From a virus (taxonomy: Duplodnaviria > Caudoviricetes): a stretch of DNA of 64,000 nucleotides. The DNA lies in IMG/VR virus record IMGVR_UViG_3300021442_000250, positions 1 to 64,000 of that record; one strand, given 5' to 3'. The notes beneath the pieces were generated by a model that was not told where the DNA came from, did no database searches, and worked only from the letters and a program-made list of their open reading frames with translations. This document shows positions 51,101 through 59,189 of this stretch, in pieces; within the stretch, counting starts at the first letter, position 1, and each line of letters opens with the position of its first letter. The position numbers and the translations under genes were made by a program.

Positions 51101-52883
51101 TTTAACAATGAATGTTACTCCAGACTATAGAGGAGTTAATCCAGCCGCTGGTGTTAAAAGTTGTTTAGTATTTGATAAAAAAGTTAAACAAGAAAATTGG
51201 AATTTAGACCCTGTCAATGGAACTGGACCTAGTGGATATGATTTAAATGTATCTAAGATGCAGATGATAGGTCTACAAATGTCCTGGTACGGAGCAGGAT
51301 TTATCGATTACATGACAAGAGGTGGTGATGGTAACTTTATTTTCTGTCACAGAATGAGAAATTCTAACATTAATACAGAAGCATATATGAGAACAGGTAA
51401 CCAACCTGTGCGTTATGAAGTTACTAATGAAGGTCCAAATGGTAAACTTTCAGATAATATAAATGCTGGAGATACAACAATAAGATTAGTAGATGCTTCT
51501 TTCTTTCCACCAAATGGCGGAACGCTTTATATAGATAATGAAATTATAACATACACAACTGTTACTGGTAATAAATTAACAGGTGTTACTAGAGCAACTC
51601 AATTAACTAACTTTTCTTCAGGAGCCACTAGATCATATACAGCAGGTCCGGCGGCTGAACACTATAGAAATACTGGAGTTGTATTAATTAGTAACACGGC
51701 AAGTCCAATTATATCTCACTGGGGATCATCTTACATAACAGATGGTGACTTTGATGAAGAACGTGGATATTTGTTTAGTTATGCGGCAACGAATACAGAA
51801 TTAGAAACTACGAAAAAAACTGTGTTCCTAATAAGATTAGCACCATCAGTTGCTAACGCTTTAACAGGAGACCTTGGAGATAGAGACTTGCTTAACAGAG
51901 CCCAGTTGCTACTTGAAGGTATAGAAATTACAACAGAACCTATGGCTAGTAACCCAGGTTCACTGGTCTTACAAGGAGTGCTTAATCCTCAAAACTATCC
52001 ATTAGATCCAAGTGATATAGGTTGGACGGGACTGTCAGGAACTGCACAAGGTGGTCAACCATCGTTTGCTCAAATAGCGGCAGGTGGTTCGGTTAACTGG
52101 AACGGTGGAGCTACTCAGGTTACTGCAACAGCAGACACATCGGCGGCAATTTCAACTCAAGTTACAAACAACTGGTGGAATATGGGTAGTTGGTATAACA
52201 ATTATTCATACTGGTTAAAAGAAGATGGTCCAGGAAACAACAATGGTTTTGATGGCAGAGATATTAAAGTAGGAGATTCAGTAAGTGGTGGTAGTTTCCC
52301 AGCAGGCACAATTATTACAGAGCTTTATGAATATTCTTATTACTATCTAGCATACTACAGTAATAATCACGGTGGTATTCCGATGGGAACAGCAATTACG
52401 TTTTCTATGGGAGGTACATTAACTAATACAAACTACTTGTACATGGATCCAACTTCATGGGAAGCTTCAAATGCCACACAAGGTACAGAATTACAAGACA
52501 CTAATTTTCCATCTGGTACATCTGTTATTAGTGTAGACCCATTAGGAAGATATGGTCCAGTTGCTACTGGTACAACTTATTATAAAGTAACGTTTTCACA
52601 AACATCAACAGCGGCTATTGCCGCAGGTGCAAGTGTAACGTTCTTATTTGGTAATCCACCATATGCACAACCAGGTGAAATGATCTTTTCATTCGTTGCA
52701 CAACCAGGTGAAAGAGCAACATTATCTCTTGCTCCGATCAAGGAATTGACTAATACTACATTAGGTGGAAGAGGAACATTTCCTAATGGTCCAGATGTGT
52801 TAGCAATTAACGTATATAGAACAGGTGGAACTGGAGCAGTTAACGGTACAGTTACACTGCGTTGGTCAGAAGCTCAAGCGTAA
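45171..52883 (+). CDS. Giant virion/tail fibre protein (2570 aa)
   Basis: Thr/Gly-rich; KCxRD helical domains, two His/Cys modules, ~8 G..Y..GD.I.I.GT.LGG..P.ND repeats, QSKKYIRYQSGKG and SWYGAG lectin-like segments. Confidence 0.8.
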   Translation: MAKKKLNNYIFQTGIPKNGNNYPVAHNLIDKNKEWIKDEMMGYIAEKTSQDTAADLYPNISNRITNNKTFIKDEVWAWVAAQVAGNIAPFAGYTKTEDTVETDVEAVVEAIARDVRYGGNENLRLQSGTYFIDGVLQLANSGDPEIAYWGYMRTLIKDSILPGGAFGTLQTSTSYTPTGATYTPTTGDMILTIGAHTLTVGQSVRISTLGLTFTCAMDNNATNHSYPRASGSAAPGGADFFYNKPVKVTAKDSVSITINVGVSSNTTAHTFVSATSGSVQSGTVQDLTGTNAESAGVTDFDTKLGQLIETVDNGIVQLPALTSSSYVFENFTYNSDKCDRDYDFILDAYLNDLRYNGNKQTRFIASKFWVGTTPQIDGDRQPEVAATDWVRDLLINYVLPNKSVTFTPTNVVYTPTTGVMVLTIGSHPMLVNEYIRINTNSLTFTCAMDSHATNHTYPRASGSNAPGGADYAYNEPVKITSVSATSITVNVGTSTNTSAHTFISATTGAVTQSKQNPVVTTQFTDGNNSESNATNRIVTLSNIISDVKANGLDNLPALEKNEVSSLKVVNPGGQINHEDILLITNTTRNTVLYNFADASLGCTVEYEKETDDDFKAFLHGSDTVTTIFLNADTSSHTVDDAVSIFVEGGELRTRPFDFGTDAIERFRIAKPQSMIDADFEYGLQPTKWQAIGTQRGYPSIYEVPGTDIDIASVTTDASTGTAGIGASLITVTTVGPHAMLSGDPLTIIGFAGSGVEGAGRAQGSFVVNSVTSNKIFTYYAKAKVGTANGQTISTKFTQMRKGAFYTGADLGEPSFSVVSQGSSGAVATSLKVLAGQSIVPFTGATPPTGAPVTGTGIATGTQITAITGTGGALVSPKIKGDYASGVTQVEVVDPAGILQNSVLDRGDGFGTNIINVNGAVLTLSSPLQSSLVGDQTVYSNVAGLNRSPNGTSATWQISWTGGAYTVVQGITGTNYQLGDAITILGTALGASSPANDVTINIDSVDTGGEILTFSYSGTAFDGTGSASDITGSVPGGVGTGGEFNITKTNTSYAVALASQTFTLLNPQYAGGGGTGSIWDITFTNGVYNTVTMSNGGSGFIVNDTIRIAGTEFGGQGDLNELLIRVTGVSSGVITSHSSAGTAPDATVIYTNPAFTTSGSGTLATFSVTRTGTAYTAIITAPGTNYGVSDTITIDGGNLGGASTTNDCTLTVATIDGSGGITSVTPTGLAVNTKTIAGITSGNNYVGSNAQFSVTNPVGGSYTSITATNVGQHYTLGQELTILGTQLGGLSPTHDLTITLATALGANDAIVQGNWTISGNATDGPGTLNYVANDILKINGTALGGANITNDAYVRVSSVDAEGSITGVAVTGTGTDGDVTYTEVPEWDGSTIPGWTTSLAGTGATFTIQRIGTAYTATVVATGSGFVGTEAITILGTHLGGATPANDASFTIDTVNAGAVATISAVTGTAANTQLYTNAPTEKRVGQGEAFDISITGGNYTVDQISQAGTNFWVGQIVVIPGTSLFGSSPANDCSIEITSVDAVSTGGITGTTVTGSANTGTGAAGTMLIGTNRPQTGIGAVFYITRSYTDDSSTTYTEATVSSLGTGYNVGDQIVVSGTALGGGTPAHDCNVTVQAINSSGGISQCTHSGSAVTGTGVTVYSSLTLSDVTTQVLPASSTITYSAIATIQVQFLTPHGLVPGDGFLVTIGSDDGSNNHLLASGPFLVTELPATNQLRFQARSPGQITDLNWSGFVYVRPDSFFVHRPFDGGVQLGTGGPQHGAQAIRQSKKYIRYQSGKGIMYTTGALFAPSYDILNVVADGKTVGSVISVTTDEVDHGLQVGATITLIGIAQQEFNDDYIVIQIVNERTFKVTANSSLSMLTPEFKDQPQVSLKYWNGATVRSGIFDDQNGIFWEYDGVNLNLCQRTATRQLAGTISVNPDSNTITGLGTRFREQLKAGDRIVIRGMTHVVSNVADNLTMNVTPDYRGVNPAAGVKSCLVFDKKVKQENWNLDPVNGTGPSGYDLNVSKMQMIGLQMSWYGAGFIDYMTRGGDGNFIFCHRMRNSNINTEAYMRTGNQPVRYEVTNEGPNGKLSDNINAGDTTIRLVDASFFPPNGGTLYIDNEIITYTTVTGNKLTGVTRATQLTNFSSGATRSYTAGPAAEHYRNTGVVLISNTASPIISHWGSSYITDGDFDEERGYLFSYAATNTELETTKKTVFLIRLAPSVANALTGDLGDRDLLNRAQLLLEGIEITTEPMASNPGSLVLQGVLNPQNYPLDPSDIGWTGLSGTAQGGQPSFAQIAAGGSVNWNGGATQVTATADTSAAISTQVTNNWWNMGSWYNNYSYWLKEDGPGNNNGFDGRDIKVGDSVSGGSFPAGTIITELYEYSYYYLAYYSNNHGGIPMGTAITFSMGGTLTNTNYLYMDPTSWEASNATQGTELQDTNFPSGTSVISVDPLGRYGPVATGTTYYKVTFSQTSTAAIAAGASVTFLFGNPPYAQPGEMIFSFVAQPGERATLSLAPIKELTNTTLGGRGTFPNGPDVLAINVYRTGGTGAVNGTVTLRWSEAQA

Positions 52884-53276
52884 TTATTTCTTTTCAGGAT
52901 TGTCTTTTTTTGATTGGCTATCGCCTTTTATAACTCTATAATTATCTTCGGAATGATCAGGTGTGCTAACTTCGGATACGCTACCATGATCAGATACTAA
53001 TTCTAATTGGTGAGGCATTAATGGTGGATTATACCAAGTTTCTCCTTCTTTAAAATCTTTAGTATATAAAGTTGCATCTTTAGTATCAATCCAATGTAAT
53101 TTAAATGTTCCACTATTGCAAAACCATGTTTCATCTTTATCTTTATGAAAATGCATACTAAATTTTGCACCTTTTTTAGTAAACACCATAATTTTTCCAC
53201 AGTATTTGTCGCTAGAAGCCCATATTAATTCATAGCCCCAACCCATTTCTCTTTTACCTAGTTTATTGATCATCAA
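52884..53276 (-). CDS. Cupin (sugar isomerase-like)
   Basis: GWGYE.IW...YCGK, SMHFH..KDETW, P.MPHQL, EVST.D..ED.YR. Confidence 0.8.
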   Translation of the reverse strand: MMINKLGKREMGWGYELIWASSDKYCGKIMVFTKKGAKFSMHFHKDKDETWFCNSGTFKLHWIDTKDATLYTKDFKEGETWYNPPLMPHQLELVSDHGSVSEVSTPDHSEDNYRVIKGDSQSKKDNPEKK

Positions 53277-54084
53277 TAAATTCCTTAATTGTTTTCCAAT
53301 TAATGTTTATATGTTTATTTAATTTTGTTAAATCGGCGCAAGTATAAGTTTGATATTGTTTGCTTAAATTTAATGGCATAGGTATTGTTTCTAACTTGGC
53401 ATTGTATTTTTCAGCAATAATTTTAGCTACTCTTAAAAAACTAGTAGATTTACCAGTACCTACATTAAAAATACCACTAATATCTTGCTCTAACATTTGT
53501 TGATGTACTTTACATACATCACTAACACAAACAAAATCTCTAAGATAATTTTCACTATTTTCAAAAATTTTAATTGATTTATTTTCTTTAGCTTGTTTTG
53601 TAAATTTAGTTATAGGAGATGCTTGATCTTTTTTATCTTCTTCATGATGACCATACACATTAAAATATCTAAATCCTTGTACAAGAATTTGAAATCCATC
53701 TTTATCTACAGATTCTATAAAACGATCAAAGAAATATTTGCTCCATGCATAAGCATTCATTGGGTACACAGGACCTTCTTCATTAAAATTACCTGTAGTT
53801 CCATATACACTAGCAGAGCTGGCATATTGAAAATTTGTTCCCATACTATCACATAATTGTAATAATCTCATACTGAAATCATAATTTTGTTTCATTATTT
53901 TGTTTACATCGGTTTCAGTAGTTGTAGAAATTGCTCCTAAATGAATTATCCAATCATATTTTGATGGATCTGGAAAAGAATTTTCTATATAATCATAACC
54001 TTCTACAGTATGTCCTTTGGTTTGTAAATGTGCAAACAAATTACGTCCTATAAATCCTTTATATCCTGTTATTAAAATATTCAT
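53263..54084 (-). CDS. hldD: ADP-L-glycero-D-manno-heptose 6-epimerase
   Basis: ITGYKGFIG, HLGAIS.TTE.D, YASSASVYG, YAWSK, RYFNVYG, RDFV.V.DV, YQ.YT.ADLTKL; start taken at the TAATG overlap (54084). Confidence 0.88.
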   Translation of the reverse strand: MNILITGYKGFIGRNLFAHLQTKGHTVEGYDYIENSFPDPSKYDWIIHLGAISTTTETDVNKIMKQNYDFSMRLLQLCDSMGTNFQYASSASVYGTTGNFNEEGPVYPMNAYAWSKYFFDRFIESVDKDGFQILVQGFRYFNVYGHHEEDKKDQASPITKFTKQAKENKSIKIFENSENYLRDFVCVSDVCKVHQQMLEQDISGIFNVGTGKSTSFLRVAKIIAEKYNAKLETIPMPLNLSKQYQTYTCADLTKLNKHININWKTIKEFIDDQ

Positions 54085-54683
54085 TAGTATCCGTCTGTTT
54101 GCCAATCTCTAGTTAATTTACATATTTCTTCTGGTATAGACAAATAAGAATATTTGCTATCTGGAATTGGTACAAAATTAATATTAATTGCTATTCTAAC
54201 TTTTTCATCTGTACAAGTAGAACCTGAATGATTTAGATAGCTAGGAAAAATAACCATTGAATTTGCAACACTAGGTATTTGTACACCATTTTTAAATTCA
54301 GTATATCCATTATTAGTATTAACATAAAATATTGCTGTAAGTGAGCAAGGATGAATAGTATCTACATGGTATCCGTGAACAACTACTTTATCGGCTTTTG
54401 GAACAAGATTAGCTTTAATTCTAACAAAGTTTATTGGATCTAAAACTGCAAAAATTGGCATTAAAATTTCCCAATTTTCTCCTTGTGTAACAATTTTACT
54501 AAATTCTTGAAATTGATGTACAAATTGTTGTTGATATTCTGATGTACCTGGTTTTGCAGTGGCCTCACCTACAACATAATCATAGTAATACCAAGGAAAA
54601 CTTTTATCCATTATTCTATTTCTTAATTTTTCAAAATCTTCAGTACTTAATACATCATTAACAGTTATAATTTTATCTTTCAT
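54084..54683 (-). CDS. 2OG-Fe(II) oxygenase
   Basis: RIKAN, HVD, IFYVN.NNG.T.F, FPS...H, R..ININ. Confidence 0.85.
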   Translation of the reverse strand: MKDKIITVNDVLSTEDFEKLRNRIMDKSFPWYYYDYVVGEATAKPGTSEYQQQFVHQFQEFSKIVTQGENWEILMPIFAVLDPINFVRIKANLVPKADKVVVHGYHVDTIHPCSLTAIFYVNTNNGYTEFKNGVQIPSVANSMVIFPSYLNHSGSTCTDEKVRIAININFVPIPDSKYSYLSIPEEICKLTRDWQTDGY

Positions 54684-55914
54684 TTTTAATTTTCTCTATT
54701 ATATCACTTGTAGAATGTCCTTCTATTCTTGAAAAAATTTTAACTTCTGCAAGTTCATTTCCTATTACTGTTTCTACAGTCCAATCACCACCTTTTACTA
54801 TAATATCTGGCATAATTTCTTGCATAAGATTGTGTGGATTATCTTCTTCAAAAACTTTAACTTCATCTACCCACGGTAACATCATTAATTGTTTAATTCT
54901 TTTATCAACATCATTAATAGGTCTATCAGGACCTTTTATTTTTTTAACACTAGCATCACTATTAATTCCAACAATTAATTTTTTACCTAAACTTTTTGCA
55001 TATTTTAATAACTCTAAATGACCTATATGTAAAATATCAAATACTCCATTAGTAAAAATAACTCCTTTTTGTAAATCATTTAAAGTAACAGGAACAACAC
55101 CACGTTGTTCTACATTTCTAGCTGATGCCATACACGCCAATTTACAACATTCAAATATATTAATATCTTTGGATATACCATAAGCTAATACACTTAAAAA
55201 TGTATCTCCTGCGCCTGTAACATCAGCAACATCTTTTGCTTTTTCTTTTAATAATTGATATTCACCTGTAGTAGATAATACATGAGCACCATTACTACCA
55301 TCTGTAACTATTAACCATGTCCATTGATGATCTCGCATAAATTTAAGAGCATCACTAATTGAAAATACACCATTCCATTCTTTGTATTCTTTCATATTAG
55401 GTTTAACAATATAGGCACCATCATAGGTATCTGCACTTTGTTTTGGATCTATTATTACATATTTTGTTTTTTCTAATAATTTAGATATTGTATCTTTTTT
55501 AATAACACCTTTACTATAATCACTAACAATTACTATATCATTTTCATTACAATCAACGGTAATTTCATTAGAATAGTTTTCTTCTTTATCTAATCTTAAA
55601 ACGTGTTTACCACCTTGACCTATTATTCTTGTTTTAGTAGTTGTAATAGAATGGTTATAATTTAATTTAGGATGTATATCTTTATTCAAAAATAATTTTA
55701 TTAATTTTTTACCTGCTTCATCTTGCCCTACTGCACCATATAATTCGCAAGGTACTTTTAAATTTGCAATATTAACTGCAACATTTCCAGCACCACCTAT
55801 ACTATATCTTTTATTATGTTCTTTTAAAACTAATACAGGACCTTCAGGTGAAACTCTGTTAGCTTGACCTTCTATCCATACATCTAGCATAATATCGCCT
55901 ATTATTTTAATCAT
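54673..55914 (-). CDS. hldE: Bifunctional heptose-7-phosphate kinase / heptose-1-phosphate adenylyltransferase
   Basis: IGDIMLD...R.SPE.PV, GGAGNVA.N, SDY.KG, DVTGAGDTF (PfkB), fused to FTNGVFDILHIGH...G.NSD.SV...KG..RP, KGGDW, STS.I. Confidence 0.92.
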   Translation of the reverse strand: MIKIIGDIMLDVWIEGQANRVSPEGPVLVLKEHNKRYSIGGAGNVAVNIANLKVPCELYGAVGQDEAGKKLIKLFLNKDIHPKLNYNHSITTTKTRIIGQGGKHVLRLDKEENYSNEITVDCNENDIVIVSDYSKGVIKKDTISKLLEKTKYVIIDPKQSADTYDGAYIVKPNMKEYKEWNGVFSISDALKFMRDHQWTWLIVTDGSNGAHVLSTTGEYQLLKEKAKDVADVTGAGDTFLSVLAYGISKDINIFECCKLACMASARNVEQRGVVPVTLNDLQKGVIFTNGVFDILHIGHLELLKYAKSLGKKLIVGINSDASVKKIKGPDRPINDVDKRIKQLMMLPWVDEVKVFEEDNPHNLMQEIMPDIIVKGGDWTVETVIGNELAEVKIFSRIEGHSTSDIIEKIKNER

Positions 55915-56345
55915 GTTATAAATTTAATCATTTTAAAAACTGTTTCTAATTTTGTTTGATTAGTTTTATTTTGTAGTGTTTTTCTTAATCCTTGGTGCAA
56001 AGGTTTAGGCCATCTACCAAAAGTTACCCAAGAATAACCATCATGTTCTTGATTTAATTTAGGTATAAATTCATTTTTAACTAAACAGAGATATGTGTGA
56101 TATAAGAAATTTTCATCATTACTGATAAAAGTTTCCATAGGAATTGTTTTAATAATTTTTTGATCGCCTATTTCTTCTTTAATTTCTCTTTTCAAACCTT
56201 CCCACGCATTAGAATCAGTAGTAGTTGTTCCACCAACTAAACCCCATACGTGATTTTGTTTACTTTGTGTTCTATGTAATAATAAAAAACGTTGGGTGTC
56301 TAAAGTATAGAAAAGTGCTCCGCAACCAATTATTCTCTGGGTCAT
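55911..56345 (-). CDS. Nudix hydrolase
   Basis: WGLVGG......EGLKREIKEEIG Nudix box; PKLN.EH..Y.W...P.PLH.GL. Confidence 0.85.
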   Translation of the reverse strand: MTQRIIGCGALFYTLDTQRFLLLHRTQSKQNHVWGLVGGTTTTDSNAWEGLKREIKEEIGDQKIIKTIPMETFISNDENFLYHTYLCLVKNEFIPKLNQEHDGYSWVTFGRWPKPLHQGLRKTLQNKTNQTKLETVFKMIKFIT

Positions 56346-56358
56346 GTAAATAATTATC

Positions 56359-57819
56359 TTAAAGAGAGATGTTCCAGGTTCCTTTACGATATTCGCCTTC
56401 GAAACTTAATAACCAATTTATACCATCCCATTTATATTGAATACCTGTGTTGAGATTGGTAATATAGGTAGGTGAAAATGCTGTAGAATCGTCTAAATTA
56501 TTAGCACTTGCATTAAAAATTATTGTCCAATCTGTTCCATTCCATTCTATAATATCATTAGCTTGAGCTATCAAGTCTCCTGCACCACCTTTCCATGCAT
56601 CTGGTCCGTCTGTATTTTCTGTATCGCCTATAGGTCCTAATAACAATAATCTTTGACCTGCTACTTTTGTAGTTGATGGATTATAAGAAATAGGATCTAT
56701 TACAAAATCTACTGTACCTCTTGCATCTGCATAGCCTTGAATAACGGAATCAGTAGGAATAGAATCCGTGTCCCAATTTATAATTAATTGATTTTCATTT
56801 AAAGTGTTTACTGCAAACGTTCCAGTAATTCTTGTACTAACATCTTTTCTATTCAGATATATTGTACTAATTCCTGCTTGGTAACTACCTGGTAATCTTT
56901 CTAATAAAGAATTCCAATTCACATTTCCAACAACACCTTTTTGTATTATTTGTGCAATATTATTCATTACAAGTATATCATATTGAATACCTGTAGTTCC
57001 TACAACACTATCAACATCTGCTTTGAAAGTTTCACTAGTATCAATTGTTCCATCTGCTGTTTTAACAATGTCTGCTTTAATACTTTTAGAATAATCGTCT
57101 TGATATGCTTGTAATTCAGGCATAGACTGACTAAGGTCAATGTTACCTGTTTTTTCATTATATATACTAGTAATAATTTGTGTTACTACTCCTAATTTTT
57201 TAACCTTAGTTGGAGGACTTATCCAAATAGGCGTTGTAAATCCTAAAGTAGCTACATCTATTTCACTCTCTGTTCCAGTTGGAATTGTTCTTCCACTAAA
57301 AATAACACTTGTTAAATCTACTACACTTAAACTAGTCCAATCAACATAATTGTCTGTAGTTTGTATTTCTAAACTTGGATTGAACAACATCATAACTTGT
57401 TCTAAAATTTGTAATTTTTGTTCTGTGTTTGTAGACCATATATCACAACTTACTCCTAATGTATAAGGTGTAGGCATTAAACGTTCTACTGTATAATTTT
57501 GTCCTTGTGTATTTAGGTATTCTTTTCCTGCTTCATCATATTGTCTTTCTCTTACATGAATTTTACTAATATAAGTAGCATCTGCTAATCTATCTCTAGC
57601 CATTTCTAAATTAGTAATGTATATTGCCATTCTTGGAGCTGATGGAATTTTATTTTCTGAATTATCTCTAATAATATGAGCAACTTGTCTAGTCATATCA
57701 CCGTACATAACAGGTATTTGTCTTAAAACACCATCGCCATCTTTATAGCTAAAATTACTCATTAGTCTAATAATTTGAGTTATGTATCGTCTAATTTGTC
57801 CGTCGTAAAAAAATTGCAT
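56359..57819 (-). CDS. gp15: Tail sheath stabiliser / tail completion protein, gp15-like
   Basis: FFYD.QIRRY..Q....FS, IPV.YG, PRM, PTPY.L....IW.....K.QILEQ...LFNP; long C-terminal extension. Confidence 0.75.
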   Translation of the reverse strand: MQFFYDGQIRRYITQIIRLMSNFSYKDGDGVLRQIPVMYGDMTRQVAHIIRDNSENKIPSAPRMAIYITNLEMARDRLADATYISKIHVRERQYDEAGKEYLNTQGQNYTVERLMPTPYTLGVSCDIWSTNTEQKLQILEQVMMLFNPSLEIQTTDNYVDWTSLSVVDLTSVIFSGRTIPTGTESEIDVATLGFTTPIWISPPTKVKKLGVVTQIITSIYNEKTGNIDLSQSMPELQAYQDDYSKSIKADIVKTADGTIDTSETFKADVDSVVGTTGIQYDILVMNNIAQIIQKGVVGNVNWNSLLERLPGSYQAGISTIYLNRKDVSTRITGTFAVNTLNENQLIINWDTDSIPTDSVIQGYADARGTVDFVIDPISYNPSTTKVAGQRLLLLGPIGDTENTDGPDAWKGGAGDLIAQANDIIEWNGTDWTIIFNASANNLDDSTAFSPTYITNLNTGIQYKWDGINWLLSFEGEYRKGTWNISL

Positions 57820-57977
57820 TATTTCTTCTCTGTTTTTTCTAGTTTAGATGGATAATTTTTTTTCACTGGCTCATAAAAAGTTCTAACTTTACCCATCCAA
57901 TTTCGAGTAACTTTTTTAAGTCCTACTGCTTTTTCTGTACCAGGTATAGGTATTCCAAAAAATTCTTTAATTCTCAT
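57819..57977 (-). CDS. Small basic protein, 52 aa (not in the ORF track)
   Basis: MRIKEFFGIPIPGTEKAVGLKKVTRNWMGKVRTFYEPVKKNYPSKLEKTEKK*; fills the gap exactly, with TAATG overlaps at both ends. Confidence 0.75.
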   Translation of the reverse strand: MRIKEFFGIPIPGTEKAVGLKKVTRNWMGKVRTFYEPVKKNYPSKLEKTEKK

Positions 57978-59134
57978 TAACCATCCGCCTTAGGTTTAAG
58001 TGCTTTAGATAAACTTTGTCTTTCAGTTACATCTTTTCCACCTATTGTATTAGTTGCTGTATTATTAACAAAACCAGTTTTCATAGTATTTCTTGTATCT
58101 GTATTTGTTAATGTCATACGTAATGAATCTTCCATTTTAACCCATCTAGCACCATCAAATCTAAATAATCTATTTGGTAAAAAGTCTGTTCTTAAATAAT
58201 AGTCACCATTAATAGATCCTAATGGGAAAGTAATTCCATGACCAAACACTTCTCCGTTAGGTGCAAGTCCATCACCTATTAAGTATCCATCATATCCTTC
58301 TCTTTCAGGTGTTTGTTGTACTCTATCTGCTAATTCATTTTGTGTACTAGCATCTAGTGTATTTGTATCTGTTGTAACAAGTTCTGTTCTTCCTTGTTTA
58401 TCTACTTGTAATGTATATAAATGGCTAGTTTCGTATCCGCTTTTTTTAGTATCTGCTTCTGCTTGAGCAACAACGGCAGTATTAATTTGCATTTCTGCTT
58501 CATAAGTGGATAATACATCTCTTAATGTTTGACTAGATCCTTCTTCTGCAGGTAAATCTAGTATACCTTTAAATTCTTGACTGTCTACTATTTGTTTTAA
58601 TTTTACTCTATATAAATGAGGATACCACGATACACTAAATCCTTCTGCCGCCCTACTTATATCTTCTACTACATAGTATCTTTTTAACGCTAAATTAAAA
58701 TCATTAAGAGCGTGTTCATCTTTAAGATGTGGTAATTCGAATACATCTCCTGGCATGACTTTTCTACCTAAAGTTTCTACAGATGTAGATATAGGAATAG
58801 TCATAAACAACGTATCATTTTGTAAAAATAATCCAAATTGACTCATATCAAAGTCAATATCTTGTACGTTGTAAATGCCTCTTAATTGATAAATGCTAGA
58901 ATCATATTTTCTATCCCTATTTTCAAGGAATAACATATCTTGAATATTTGTTTCTTTAACAGCATCATACCTTGGTTGGCTAGATGTTGCGTCTGCTTCT
59001 TCAGGATTCTTAGGACCAAGGTATTTGTGTACAAATACGTCAGTACCTCCCACGGTAAACATCTCATTAACCGTCCTATCTAGAAACGCATAGTCATGAC
59101 CCTTCTCTGGTTTATATAGACTTATTCTTGGCAT
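57977..59134 (-). CDS. gp14: Neck / head-closure protein, gp14-like
   Basis: D.LFLENRDRKYD, D.SQFGLFL.ND, GD..ELP, W.PHL...K; adjacent to gp13 and gp15. Confidence 0.65.
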   Translation of the reverse strand: MPRISLYKPEKGHDYAFLDRTVNEMFTVGGTDVFVHKYLGPKNPEEADATSSQPRYDAVKETNIQDMLFLENRDRKYDSSIYQLRGIYNVQDIDFDMSQFGLFLQNDTLFMTIPISTSVETLGRKVMPGDVFELPHLKDEHALNDFNLALKRYYVVEDISRAAEGFSVSWYPHLYRVKLKQIVDSQEFKGILDLPAEEGSSQTLRDVLSTYEAEMQINTAVVAQAEADTKKSGYETSHLYTLQVDKQGRTELVTTDTNTLDASTQNELADRVQQTPEREGYDGYLIGDGLAPNGEVFGHGITFPLGSINGDYYLRTDFLPNRLFRFDGARWVKMEDSLRMTLTNTDTRNTMKTGFVNNTATNTIGGKDVTERQSLSKALKPKADG

Positions 59135-59140
59135 ATGTTA

Positions 59141-59171
59141 TATTTATTCATAGGCAGGTACTTGATAAATA
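59141..59171. promoter_or_regulatory. Back-to-back late promoters
   Basis: AATAAATA on the minus strand (59141-59148) toward gp14 and GATAAATA on the plus strand (59164-59171) toward gp13. Confidence 0.65.
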
Positions 59172-59189
59172 TCTATAGAGAAGTATTAT

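Noticed and set aside
52884-55914. Heptose genes as a bacterial contaminant or prophage flank
   Set aside because: Similar AT-rich composition, tight overlaps, and continuity with phage neck genes on the same strand.
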